Source of the DNA: Mytilus edulis | Taxonomy: Eukaryota | Assembly: GCF_963676685.1 (NCBI RefSeq) | Contig: NC_092344.1 | Coordinates: 83,328,001-83,392,000 of the forward strand | DNA: 64,000 nucleotides | Reading direction: 5' to 3' | Shown: in pieces, positions 1 through 12,625 of the stretch | How the letters are laid out: every line of letters begins with the position of its first letter | How positions within the stretch are numbered: the first letter of the stretch is position 1 | The notes under the pieces: model-generated | Databases searched by the model: none | Told to the model about the DNA's origin: nothing | What the model saw: only the letters and a program-made list of their open reading frames with translations | Position numbers and translations under genes: made by a program

Positions 1-3000
1 TACGAAAAAATGAGGCGAAAGACACCCATTTTTTATTTGATCATTAGGAAGATTTATGAAAACAGTTTCTAAAAAGGTATTACTCAAAGTCATTGAAATT
101 CTAGTTTGATCCAAATTTTGGGGGGGATATGTGACATGTCCACTCCCCTTTTTGCAATATTTTATGGTAAATAAATGCAGAATGTTGCCATGGATACACA
201 TAAAAGGAATTTATTTTCACTCTTTTAACTTTTGAAAATCAAATCTATGGAATATACTGATTACATACATATGCACATGTACAACACAAACAGTTAGGTA
301 AATGTATTAGAAATCCAGGAATAGGAGATGATAAAACATTTTGTGGCTCATTTTTAATTTTAATTTCTAACTGTGGAGTGCTACCTTATGGCACATCAGA
401 AAGCACAGAAATGCACTTTTTAAGATAAAATTGACCACAAATCTTTAGTCTTTTATGTTCTTGTTTTAGTTCTGAAGGTAAAAAATCTGCTAGGAATGCA
501 ATTTATGTTTATTTTATTGTTTACTGTCCTTAGCAACCAAATATACACATTTTGACACTTAGACATGTTGCGGTCTTAAATTTGTACTCCATTAGCTTCG
601 CCATTGTAACCAAAGATTGCGCTTTATATGATATCCTCAGAATGTATCGCTTTATATTTTTGAATGCGAATAAGTCAAGTAAACATTTTTAGCAGGATTT
701 CATATTATAATTTGGAATCAATTAAATTTAATGATGCCAGTACTGCTAGAAATTTATACCCTGCTTGAGAGCTTCTAAACCATGGTTAGGTATGCTATTT
801 ACAGCAAAATTGACCTATAAGTGCTTTCAAATACCTAAAAATTGTACAATTTGTCCTCTTTTAAGGTAATTTTATGATTTTAAATTAAGATAATGGGAAA
901 AGTTTTAGAAATTTACCCAAAAATGAGACAGACTTGAAGTTTTTCACTATGATCCAGCATTTATTTTTAAATCACTTTTTGTCGCGTTTCAACATCAACT
1001 GCTAACCTTCATAAAATCTTTATTACTGAACCAATTCTAAAAACTAAGGTACCATTTTCATCGTAACAGCTAGTAGAACACAGAAAATATAATAAAAATT
1101 GAGGCAGGAGGGGAAAAATTTCACCTTAAGGTAGCACTCCACAGTTAGGTGTGTAGTTTCGCATTTTGGCCCCTGTGGATTTTTCAAATATGAGAGCTAG
1201 TGTGCAATAAAATTCATTTTTGGATAGCTGAGTATTAAAATAGCCTTTGTATTGGGTTTATATGAACATCAAGAGTATGTAATGTATGTAATATAGGCTG
1301 TTTTCTGTATGACAGTCCGTATTTGCATGTCCCTACCATACATTGGTCCGGCAATTATTGTAATGTTTTTTTCCAACTTTTTATCGCACGAACTTTGTGA
1401 TTGGATTTTACGAAAAAATGAGGCGAAAGACACCCATTTTTTATTTGATCATTAGGAAGATTTATGAAAACAGTTTCTAAAAAGGTATTACTCAAAGTCA
1501 TTGAAATTCTAGTTTGATCCAAATTTTGGGGGGGATATGTGACATGTCCACTCCCCTTTTTGCAATATTTTATGGTAAATAAATGCAGAATGTTGCCATG
1601 GATACACATAAAAGGAATTTATTTTCACTCTTTTAACTTTTGAAAATCAAATCTATGGAATATACTGATTACATACATATGCACATGTACAACACAAACA
1701 GTTAGGTAAATGTATTAGAAATCCAGGAATAGGAGATGATAAAACATTTTGTGGCTCATTTTTAATTTTAATTTCTAACTGTGGAGTGCTACCTTATGGC
1801 ACATCAGAAAGCACAGAAATGCACTTTTTAAGATAAAATTGACCACAAATCTTTAGTCTTTTATGTTCTTGTTTTAGTTCTGAAGGTAAAAAATCTGCTA
1901 GGAATGCAATTTATGTTTATTTTATTGTTTACTGTCCTTAGCAACCAAATATACACATTTTGACACTTAGACATGTTGCGGTCTTAAATTTGTACTCCAT
2001 TAGCTTCGCCATTGTAACCAAAGATTGCGCTTTATATGATATCCTCAGAATGTATCGCTTTATATTTTTGAATGCGAATAAGTCAAGTAAACATTTTTAG
2101 CAGGATTTCATATTATAATTTGGAATCAATTAAATTTAATGATGCCAGTACTGCTAGAAATTTATACCCTGCTTGAGAGCTTCTAAACCATGGTTAGGTA
2201 TGCTATTTACAGCAAAATTGACCTATAAGTGCTTTCAAATACCTAAAAATTGTACAATTTGTCCTCTTTTAAGGTAATTTTATGATTTTAAATTAAGATA
2301 ATGGGAAAAGTTTTAGAAATTTACCCAAAAATGAGACAGACTTGAAGTTTTTCACTATGATCCAGCATTTATTTTTAAATCACTTTTTGTCGCGTTTCAA
2401 CATCAACTGCTAACCTTCATAAAATCTTTATTACTGAACCAATTCTAAAAACTAAGGTACCATTTTCATCGTAACAGCTAGTAGAACACAGAAAATATAA
2501 TAAAAATTGAGGCAGGAGGGGAAAAATTTCACCTTAAGGTAGCACTCCACAGTTAGGTGTGTAGTTTCGCATTTTGGCCCCTGTGGATTTTTCAAATATG
2601 AGAGCTAGTGTGCAATAAAATTCATTTTTGGATAGCTGAGTATTAAAATAGCCTTTGTATTGGGTTTATATGAACATCAAGAGTATGTAATGTATGTAAT
2701 ATAGGCTGTTTTCTGTATGACAGTCCGTATTTGCATGTCCCTACCATACATTGGTCCGGCAATTATTGTAATGTTTTTTTCCAACTTTTTATCGCACGAA
2801 CTTTGTGATTGGATTTTACGAAAAAATGAGGCGAAAGACACCCATTTTTTATTTGATCATTAGGAAGATTTATGAAAACAGTTTCTAAAAAGGTATTACT
2901 CAAAGTCATTGAAATTCTAGTTTGATCCAAATTTTGGGGGGGATATGTGACATGTCCACTCCCCTTTTTGCAATATTTTATGGTAAATAAATGCAGAATG

Positions 3001-6000
3001 TTGCCATGGATACACATAAAAGGAATTTATTTTCACTCTTTTAACTTTTGAAAATCAAATCTATGGAATATACTGATTACATACATATGCACATGTACAA
3101 CACAAACAGTTAGGTAAATGTATTAGAAATCCAGGAATAGGAGATGATAAAACATTTTGTGGCTCATTTTTAATTTTAATTTCTAACTGTGGAGTGCTAC
3201 CTTATGGCACATCAGAAAGCACAGAAATGCACTTTTTAAGATAAAATTGACCACAAATCTTTAGTCTTTTATGTTCTTGTTTTAGTTCTGAAGGTAAAAA
3301 ATCTGCTAGGAATGCAATTTATGTTTATTTTATTGTTTACTGTCCTTAGCAACCAAATATACACATTTTGACACTTAGACATGTTGCGGTCTTAAATTTG
3401 TACTCCATTAGCTTCGCCATTGTAACCAAAGATTGCGCTTTATATGATATCCTCAGAATGTATCGCTTTATATTTTTGAATGCGAATAAGTCAAGTAAAC
3501 ATTTTTAGCAGGATTTCATATTATAATTTGGAATCAATTAAATTTAATGATGCCAGTACTGCTAGAAATTTATACCCTGCTTGAGAGCTTCTAAACCATG
3601 GTTAGGTATGCTATTTACAGCAAAATTGACCTATAAGTGCTTTCAAATACCTAAAAATTGTACAATTTGTCCTCTTTTAAGGTAATTTTATGATTTTAAA
3701 TTAAGATAATGGGAAAAGTTTTAGAAATTTACCCAAAAATGAGACAGACTTGAAGTTTTTCACTATGATCCAGCATTTATTTTTAAATCACTTTTTGTCG
3801 CGTTTCAACATCAACTGCTAACCTTCATAAAATCTTTATTACTGAACCAATTCTAAAAACTAAGGTACCATTTTCATCGTAACAGCTAGTAGAACACAGA
3901 AAATATAATAAAAATTGAGGCAGGAGGGGAAAAATTTCACCTTAAGGTAGCACTCCACAGTTAGGTGTGTAGTTTCGCATTTTGGCCCCTGTGGATTTTT
4001 CAAATATGAGAGCTAGTGTGCAATAAAATTCATTTTTGGATAGCTGAGTATTAAAATAGCCTTTGTATTGGGTTTATATGAACATCAAGAGTATGTAATG
4101 TATGTAATATAGGCTGTTTTCTGTATGACAGTCCGTATTTGCATGTCCCTACCATACATTGGTCCGGCAATTATTGTAATGTTTTTTTCCAACTTTTTAT
4201 CGCACGAACTTTGTGATTGGATTTTACGAAAAAATGAGGCGAAAGACACCCATTTTTTATTTGATCATTAGGAAGATTTATGAAAACAGTTTCTAAAAAG
4301 GTATTACTCAAAGTCATTGAAATTCTAGTTTGATCCAAATTTTGGGGGGGATATGTGACATGTCCACTCCCCTTTTTGCAATATTTTATGGTAAATAAAT
4401 GCAGAATGTTGCCATGGATACACATAAAAGGAATTTATTTTCACTCTTTTAACTTTTGAAAATCAAATCTATGGAATATACTGATTACATACATATGCAC
4501 ATGTACAACACAAACAGTTAGGTAAATGTATTAGAAATCCAGGAATAGGAGATGATAAAACATTTTGTGGCTCATTTTTAATTTTAATTTCTAACTGTGG
4601 AGTGCTACCTTATGGCACATCAGAAAGCACAGAAATGCACTTTTTAAGATAAAATTGACCACAAATCTTTAGTCTTTTATGTTCTTGTTTTAGTTCTGAA
4701 GGTAAAAAATCTGCTAGGAATGCAATTTATGTTTATTTTATTGTTTACTGTCCTTAGCAACCAAATATACACATTTTGACACTTAGACATGTTGCGGTCT
4801 TAAATTTGTACTCCATTAGCTTCGCCATTGTAACCAAAGATTGCGCTTTATATGATATCCTCAGAATGTATCGCTTTATATTTTTGAATGCGAATAAGTC
4901 AAGTAAACATTTTTAGCAGGATTTCATATTATAATTTGGAATCAATTAAATTTAATGATGCCAGTACTGCTAGAAATTTATACCCTGCTTGAGAGCTTCT
5001 AAACCATGGTTAGGTATGCTATTTACAGCAAAATTGACCTATAAGTGCTTTCAAATACCTAAAAATTGTACAATTTGTCCTCTTTTAAGGTAATTTTATG
5101 ATTTTAAATTAAGATAATGGGAAAAGTTTTAGAAATTTACCCAAAAATGAGACAGACTTGAAGTTTTTCACTATGATCCAGCATTTATTTTTAAATCACT
5201 TTTTGTCGCGTTTCAACATCAACTGCTAACCTTCATAAAATCTTTATTACTGAACCAATTCTAAAAACTAAGGTACCATTTTCATCGTAACAGCTAGTAG
5301 AACACAGAAAATATAATAAAAATTGAGGCAGGAGGGGAAAAATTTCACCTTAAGGTAGCACTCCACAGTTAGGTGTGTAGTTTCGCATTTTGGCCCCTGT
5401 GGATTTTTCAAATATGAGAGCTAGTGTGCAATAAAATTCATTTTTGGATAGCTGAGTATTAAAATAGCCTTTGTATTGGGTTTATATGAACATCAAGAGT
5501 ATGTAATGTATGTAATATAGGCTGTTTTCTGTATGACAGTCCGTATTTGCATGTCCCTACCATACATTGGTCCGGCAATTATTGTAATGTTTTTTTCCAA
5601 CTTTTTATCGCACGAACTTTGTGATTGGATTTTACGAAAAAATGAGGCGAAAGACACCCATTTTTTATTTGATCATTAGGAAGATTTATGAAAACAGTTT
5701 CTAAAAAGGTATTACTCAAAGTCATTGAAATTCTAGTTTGATCCAAATTTTGGGGGGGATATGTGACATGTCCACTCCCCTTTTTGCAATATTTTATGGT
5801 AAATAAATGCAGAATGTTGCCATGGATACACATAAAAGGAATTTATTTTCACTCTTTTAACTTTTGAAAATCAAATCTATGGAATATACTGATTACATAC
5901 ATATGCACATGTACAACACAAACAGTTAGGTAAATGTATTAGAAATCCAGGAATAGGAGATGATAAAACATTTTGTGGCTCATTTTTAATTTTAATTTCT

Positions 6001-9000
6001 AACTGTGGAGTGCTACCTTATGGCACATCAGAAAGCACAGAAATGCACTTTTTAAGATAAAATTGACCACAAATCTTTAGTCTTTTATGTTCTTGTTTTA
6101 GTTCTGAAGGTAAAAAATCTGCTAGGAATGCAATTTATGTTTATTTTATTGTTTACTGTCCTTAGCAACCAAATATACACATTTTGACACTTAGACATGT
6201 TGCGGTCTTAAATTTGTACTCCATTAGCTTCGCCATTGTAACCAAAGATTGCGCTTTATATGATATCCTCAGAATGTATCGCTTTATATTTTTGAATGCG
6301 AATAAGTCAAGTAAACATTTTTAGCAGGATTTCATATTATAATTTGGAATCAATTAAATTTAATGATGCCAGTACTGCTAGAAATTTATACCCTGCTTGA
6401 GAGCTTCTAAACCATGGTTAGGTATGCTATTTACAGCAAAATTGACCTATAAGTGCTTTCAAATACCTAAAAATTGTACAATTTGTCCTCTTTTAAGGTA
6501 ATTTTATGATTTTAAATTAAGATAATGGGAAAAGTTTTAGAAATTTACCCAAAAATGAGACAGACTTGAAGTTTTTCACTATGATCCAGCATTTATTTTT
6601 AAATCACTTTTTGTCGCGTTTCAACATCAACTGCTAACCTTCATAAAATCTTTATTACTGAACCAATTCTAAAAACTAAGGTACCATTTTCATCGTAACA
6701 GCTAGTAGAACACAGAAAATATAATAAAAATTGAGGCAGGAGGGGAAAAATTTCACCTTAAGGTAGCACTCCACAGTTAGGTGTGTAGTTTCGCATTTTG
6801 GCCCCTGTGGATTTTTCAAATATGAGAGCTAGTGTGCAATAAAATTCATTTTTGGATAGCTGAGTATTAAAATAGCCTTTGTATTGGGTTTATATGAACA
6901 TCAAGAGTATGTAATGTATGTAATATAGGCTGTTTTCTGTATGACAGTCCGTATTTGCATGTCCCTACCATACATTGGTCCGGCAATTATTGTAATGTTT
7001 TTTTCCAACTTTTTATCGCACGAACTTTGTGATTGGATTTTACGAAAAAATGAGGCGAAAGACACCCATTTTTTATTTGATCATTAGGAAGATTTATGAA
7101 AACAGTTTCTAAAAAGGTATTACTCAAAGTCATTGAAATTCTAGTTTGATCCAAATTTTGGGGGGGATATGTGACATGTCCACTCCCCTTTTTGCAATAT
7201 TTTATGGTAAATAAATGCAGAATGTTGCCATGGATACACATAAAAGGAATTTATTTTCACTCTTTTAACTTTTGAAAATCAAATCTATGGAATATACTGA
7301 TTACATACATATGCACATGTACAACACAAACAGTTAGGTAAATGTATTAGAAATCCAGGAATAGGAGATGATAAAACATTTTGTGGCTCATTTTTAATTT
7401 TAATTTCTAACTGTGGAGTGCTACCTTATGGCACATCAGAAAGCACAGAAATGCACTTTTTAAGATAAAATTGACCACAAATCTTTAGTCTTTTATGTTC
7501 TTGTTTTAGTTCTGAAGGTAAAAAATCTGCTAGGAATGCAATTTATGTTTATTTTATTGTTTACTGTCCTTAGCAACCAAATATACACATTTTGACACTT
7601 AGACATGTTGCGGTCTTAAATTTGTACTCCATTAGCTTCGCCATTGTAACCAAAGATTGCGCTTTATATGATATCCTCAGAATGTATCGCTTTATATTTT
7701 TGAATGCGAATAAGTCAAGTAAACATTTTTAGCAGGATTTCATATTATAATTTGGAATCAATTAAATTTAATGATGCCAGTACTGCTAGAAATTTATACC
7801 CTGCTTGAGAGCTTCTAAACCATGGTTAGGTATGCTATTTACAGCAAAATTGACCTATAAGTGCTTTCAAATACCTAAAAATTGTACAATTTGTCCTCTT
7901 TTAAGGTAATTTTATGATTTTAAATTAAGATAATGGGAAAAGTTTTAGAAATTTACCCAAAAATGAGACAGACTTGAAGTTTTTCACTATGATCCAGCAT
8001 TTATTTTTAAATCACTTTTTGTCGCGTTTCAACATCAACTGCTAACCTTCATAAAATCTTTATTACTGAACCAATTCTAAAAACTAAGGTACCATTTTCA
8101 TCGTAACAGCTAGTAGAACACAGAAAATATAATAAAAATTGAGGCAGGAGGGGAAAAATTTCACCTTAAGGTAGCACTCCACAGTTAGGTGTGTAGTTTC
8201 GCATTTTGGCCCCTGTGGATTTTTCAAATATGAGAGCTAGTGTGCAATAAAATTCATTTTTGGATAGCTGAGTATTAAAATAGCCTTTGTATTGGGTTTA
8301 TATGAACATCAAGAGTATGTAATGTATGTAATATAGGCTGTTTTCTGTATGACAGTCCGTATTTGCATGTCCCTACCATACATTGGTCCGGCAATTATTG
8401 TAATGTTTTTTTCCAACTTTTTATCGCACGAACTTTGTGATTGGATTTTACGAAAAAATGAGGCGAAAGACACCCATTTTTTATTTGATCATTAGGAAGA
8501 TTTATGAAAACAGTTTCTAAAAAGGTATTACTCAAAGTCATTGAAATTCTAGTTTGATCCAAATTTTGGGGGGGATATGTGACATGTCCACTCCCCTTTT
8601 TGCAATATTTTATGGTAAATAAATGCAGAATGTTGCCATGGATACACATAAAAGGAATTTATTTTCACTCTTTTAACTTTTGAAAATCAAATCTATGGAA
8701 TATACTGATTACATACATATGCACATGTACAACACAAACAGTTAGGTAAATGTATTAGAAATCCAGGAATAGGAGATGATAAAACATTTTGTGGCTCATT
8801 TTTAATTTTAATTTCTAACTGTGGAGTGCTACCTTATGGCACATCAGAAAGCACAGAAATGCACTTTTTAAGATAAAATTGACCACAAATCTTTAGTCTT
8901 TTATGTTCTTGTTTTAGTTCTGAAGGTAAAAAATCTGCTAGGAATGCAATTTATGTTTATTTTATTGTTTACTGTCCTTAGCAACCAAATATACACATTT

Positions 9001-10245
9001 TGACACTTAGACATGTTGCGGTCTTAAATTTGTACTCCATTAGCTTCGCCATTGTAACCAAAGATTGCGCTTTATATGATATCCTCAGAATGTATCGCTT
9101 TATATTTTTGAATGCGAATAAGTCAAGTAAACATTTTTAGCAGGATTTCATATTATAATTTGGAATCAATTAAATTTAATGATGCCAGTACTGCTAGAAA
9201 TTTATACCCTGCTTGAGAGCTTCTAAACCATGGTTAGGTATGCTATTTACAGCAAAATTGACCTATAAGTGCTTTCAAATACCTAAAAATTGTACAATTT
9301 GTCCTCTTTTAAGGTAATTTTATGATTTTAAATTAAGATAATGGGAAAAGTTTTAGAAATTTACCCAAAAATGAGACAGACTTGAAGTTTTTCACTATGA
9401 TCCAGCATTTATTTTTAAATCACTTTTTGTCGCGTTTCAACATCAACTGCTAACCTTCATAAAATCTTTATTACTGAACCAATTCTAAAAACTAAGGTAC
9501 CATTTTCATCGTAACAGCTAGTAGAACACAGAAAATATAATAAAAATTGAGGCAGGAGGGGAAAAATTTCACCTTAAGGTAGCACTCCACAGTTAGGTGT
9601 GTAGTTTCGCATTTTGGCCCCTGTGGATTTTTCAAATATGAGAGCTAGTGTGCAATAAAATTCATTTTTGGATAGCTGAGTATTAAAATAGCCTTTGTAT
9701 TGGGTTTATATGAACATCAAGAGTATGTAATGTATGTAATATAGGCTGTTTTCTGTATGACAGTCCGTATTTGCATGTCCCTACCATACATTGGTCCGGC
9801 AATTATTGTAATGTTTTTTTCCAACTTTTTATCGCACGAACTTTGTGATTGGATTTTACGAAAAAATGAGGCGAAAGACACCCATTTTTTATTTGATCAT
9901 TAGGAAGATTTATGAAAACAGTTTCTAAAAAGGTATTACTCAAAGTCATTGAAATTCTAGTTTGATCCAAATTTTGGGGGGGATATGTGACATGTCCACT
10001 CCCCTTTTTGCAATATTTTATGGTAAATAAATGCAGAATGTTGCCATGGATACACATAAAAGGAATTTATTTTCACTCTTTTAACTTTTGAAAATCAAAT
10101 CTATGGAATATACTGATTACATACATATGCACATGTACAACACAAACAGTTAGGTAAATGTATTAGAAATCCAGGAATAGGAGATGATAAAACATTTTGT
10201 GGCTCATTTTTAATTTTAATTTCTAACTGTGGAGTGCTACCTTAA
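1..10245. repeat. Tandem array with a 1408-bp unit (about 7.3 units visible, continues off the left edge); unit = 664-bp TIR-bounded module + 744-bp spacer
   Basis: The same sequence recurs every 1408 bp, and the identical 84-aa ORF appears at 1355, 2763 ... 9803. The array stops exactly at the TIR ctaactgtggagtgctacc (10241), followed by TTAA (10242-10245). Confidence 0.97.
1130..1793. mobile_element. Kolobok(P)-type 664-bp module (LTDR-like); further copies start at 2538, 3946, 5354, 6762, 8170 and 9578, with a partial copy at 1-385
   Basis: Perfect 19-bp TIRs ggtagcactccacagttag (1130-1148) and ctaactgtggagtgctacc (1775-1793). Preceded by TTAA and followed by TTAT internally, or TTAA for the last copy. 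RR...YY termini plus TTAA are the Kolobok signature. Confidence 0.75.
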
Positions 10246-11284
10246 GACTGAGACCAGACAAAGCCGTTTGCAATGCGACAAAGCGGACCGTGATAGTATT
10301 ACGTTCCGACAGTATCTGCTCATCCCGATTATGCCGACAGTTTTCGAACGGATAACTTCCGTCAGCGTCGGTTCACTCTCTGGTCACTCTCTGATCTCTG
10401 TCGGATTAAAATCGGTAGAATCGGGACGCAGTCGTAACAGACTCGGTCGAATTTTACCTAGCGAAAGATACAAATTGGATTAGAAGCGGATTGAGAACGG
10501 GATTATCGGGACAAATTCGCTAGGAAACGGTTGAATGTCGACGCTTCCTCAACAATATCTGATTGTTGTCGTGATAAATTATTTGCTTTACAAATTTTAA
10601 TCAAAGTTTAAAGGAGTAGGTTCAGTAAGACCCCTTTTTGGCCCCAAAATATAGCAGTTTTACAAAATTGTTAAAATGTAAACCTGTAGTTATTTATTGG
10701 ACAGTAGAATGCTTAAGTATGGACTGTTTTTGACAATACAATGCACATATATCCGGTACTAGCACCATTAAGTCATGCTAAATTACTGAAATCCTCATAA
10801 TTCTAGCATTTTAGTTAAATTTTAGACGGTTTTCGTGTAAAACGAAAGTGGCCGCATTCGTGTTCATCCTTAATATTGAAATGTAAGTTGTATTTTTGAT
10901 AATACATAACATATATAAAGGTTGAGGATGAACACGGATGCGGCCACTTTCATTTTTACCAAAAACCATCTGAAAAGTGACATTTTTCGGCATATTAGGT
11001 AGATTTTTCATATTTGAGCTTGAATCGGATCGTTTTTAATGACTAAATCTGTTAAAATCTTTCACATAAACTAATTAATTCAAATAAAATAGACACTTAA
11101 GTGTTTAAAAAGTGGTCAAAATCTTTCGTCAGATGAACCTGAAATTTGAGGCCAAAATCGGTCCTTACCGGACCTACTCCTTTCCATCCACGATACACAG
11201 GAATTTGGTCAGACTTATGACAAATTTTAATCGGGAATGGTCCTGTCAAGGACGGCAGTTAAAATCGTGAAAGTGACCCCAGCT
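10246..11284. mobile_element. Right part of a probable non-autonomous PIF/Harbinger-type element, host of the array and of a 570-bp MITE
   Basis: CG-rich subterminal-like sequence ending aaaatcgtgaaagtgaccccagct|TAA, which resembles the Harbinger end at 34550-34580. The left end is not in the window. Confidence 0.4.
10612..11181. mobile_element. Kolobok-like non-autonomous element (570 bp)
   Basis: TIR aggagtaggttcagtaag vs cttaccggacctactcct (16/18 match). Left flank is TTAA; right flank is degenerate (TTCC). Confidence 0.65.
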
Positions 11285-11309
11285 TAAAGTGCACATAAAA
11301 GAAGAATTA

Positions 11310-11720
11310 ACATACTTTTCTGATTGGGTTCCATTAATATATCCCCAGAACTAGAAATTAAAGAAACAACAGACACGGCTTCCTCCGATTCTTTTTTTAG
11401 ACTTATATCTCGAGTTTGATATACACAGTCATGTCAGTACCAGAATCTATGACAAACGAGACGATTTTAATTTTGAAATCATAAATCCCCCACCTTAGTC
11501 GCAATATACCAACTTCACCTGCATATGGGATATACATTTCCCAATTTATTCGATATTCAAGAGCTTGCAGCTCCTACTCAGACTTTGTAAAACGTCACCA
11601 GTGTCTGAGCAGAAAGTTGATGAACCAGGGGTATGTCAAAGAACATCTGGTCCTTTTCATAAGTTCATCGGAAGGTACCAAGACCTTGTTGATAAATATT
11701 CCGTATCAACTTCACAAATA
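11310..11720 (+). mobile_element. Penelope-like retroelement reverse transcriptase remnant (frameshifted)
   Basis: Translates in pieces to IYPPELEIKETTDTASS.SFLDLYLEFD..TRIYDKRDDFNFEII..PAYGIYISQFIRYSRACSSYSDF, typical of the PLE RT thumb region. Confidence 0.75.
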
Positions 11721-12269
11721 ATACATGATAGTCTTGATGTATAGATTCTGCGTACTGACGTTGTTAATCATCTTATGGATTGTTTTCTGTGATATCCATT
11801 TGACGTGGCTCGGTACTTATACATCCCGTCAATGTGTTTGTATTATCTTTCATTTTTCCTGGTGTGTTTTGTATATGCGACTTATTGTGTTTCTTTGGTT
11901 CTTATAACGTGACTCTGTACTTTATAAGATCCCGTCATTATGTTATCCTTCTATTTAAAAATTTCATTGAGTTATAGTGCCATTATAAATTAAAAAATAC
12001 GTTGAACGACAATCGACAAAATCATTTTAATCGAGTAGTGATATTAACCATTTTTAGATCCTTAGAAATTCTACAGAACTTCTGGACAATTTCAAATCTC
12101 GATCTATTTCTGAAATTAATTCTAACATACTTTTGATTTTTTAACCCTGAATGATAACATTTCCGATGTGAAACTATAAAATTGTTTTGTGTAAACATTA
12201 AACGACAAAATTTCTTCCTATGTGACGTATAAATTTTCTGACGTCAGACACCCAAAGCAATGCATGTGG

Positions 12270-12625
12270 GTTTTTTTTTAAATTAGATAAATGCTTTTGT
12301 GCCTTTTTTGTAAAGTTGTTTATTTTAAGATTGTAACACAGTGATGACTGCTGTACCCATATTTTGACTATTTTATTTATTATGTCTGTTTTGTTCACAC
12401 ATCGTTGTAAATATAACGGAATTTGATGAGACTGTTGTAAAAGTGAGAGGTTTAGCGCTATTAAACCAGGTTCAACCCACCATTTTCTACATTTGAAAAT
12501 GCCTGTACCAAGTCAGGAATATGACAGTTGTTGTCCATTCGTTTGATGTGTTTTGTCATTTGATTTTGCCATGTGATTAGGGACTTTCCGATTTTCCTCG
12601 GAGTTCAGTATTTTTGTGATTTTAC
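12270..12625 (+). repeat. Dispersed repeat family (aaaccaggttcaacccacc...cctgtaccaagtcaggaatatgacagtt); relatives near 14400-14500, 23590-23700, 25255-25490 (-) and 34810-34955
   Basis: The same core motifs recur several times on both strands within this window. Confidence 0.8.

Noticed and set aside
1355-10057. Seven identical 84-aa minus-strand ORFs as a tandem gene family
   Set aside because: They lie wholly inside the TIR-bounded repeat module, have no recognisable domain, and are a by-product of the repeat.
1-10245. CRISPR-like or rDNA/5S array
   Set aside because: Spacers are identical rather than unique, the context is eukaryotic, and no rRNA-like sequence was recognised.
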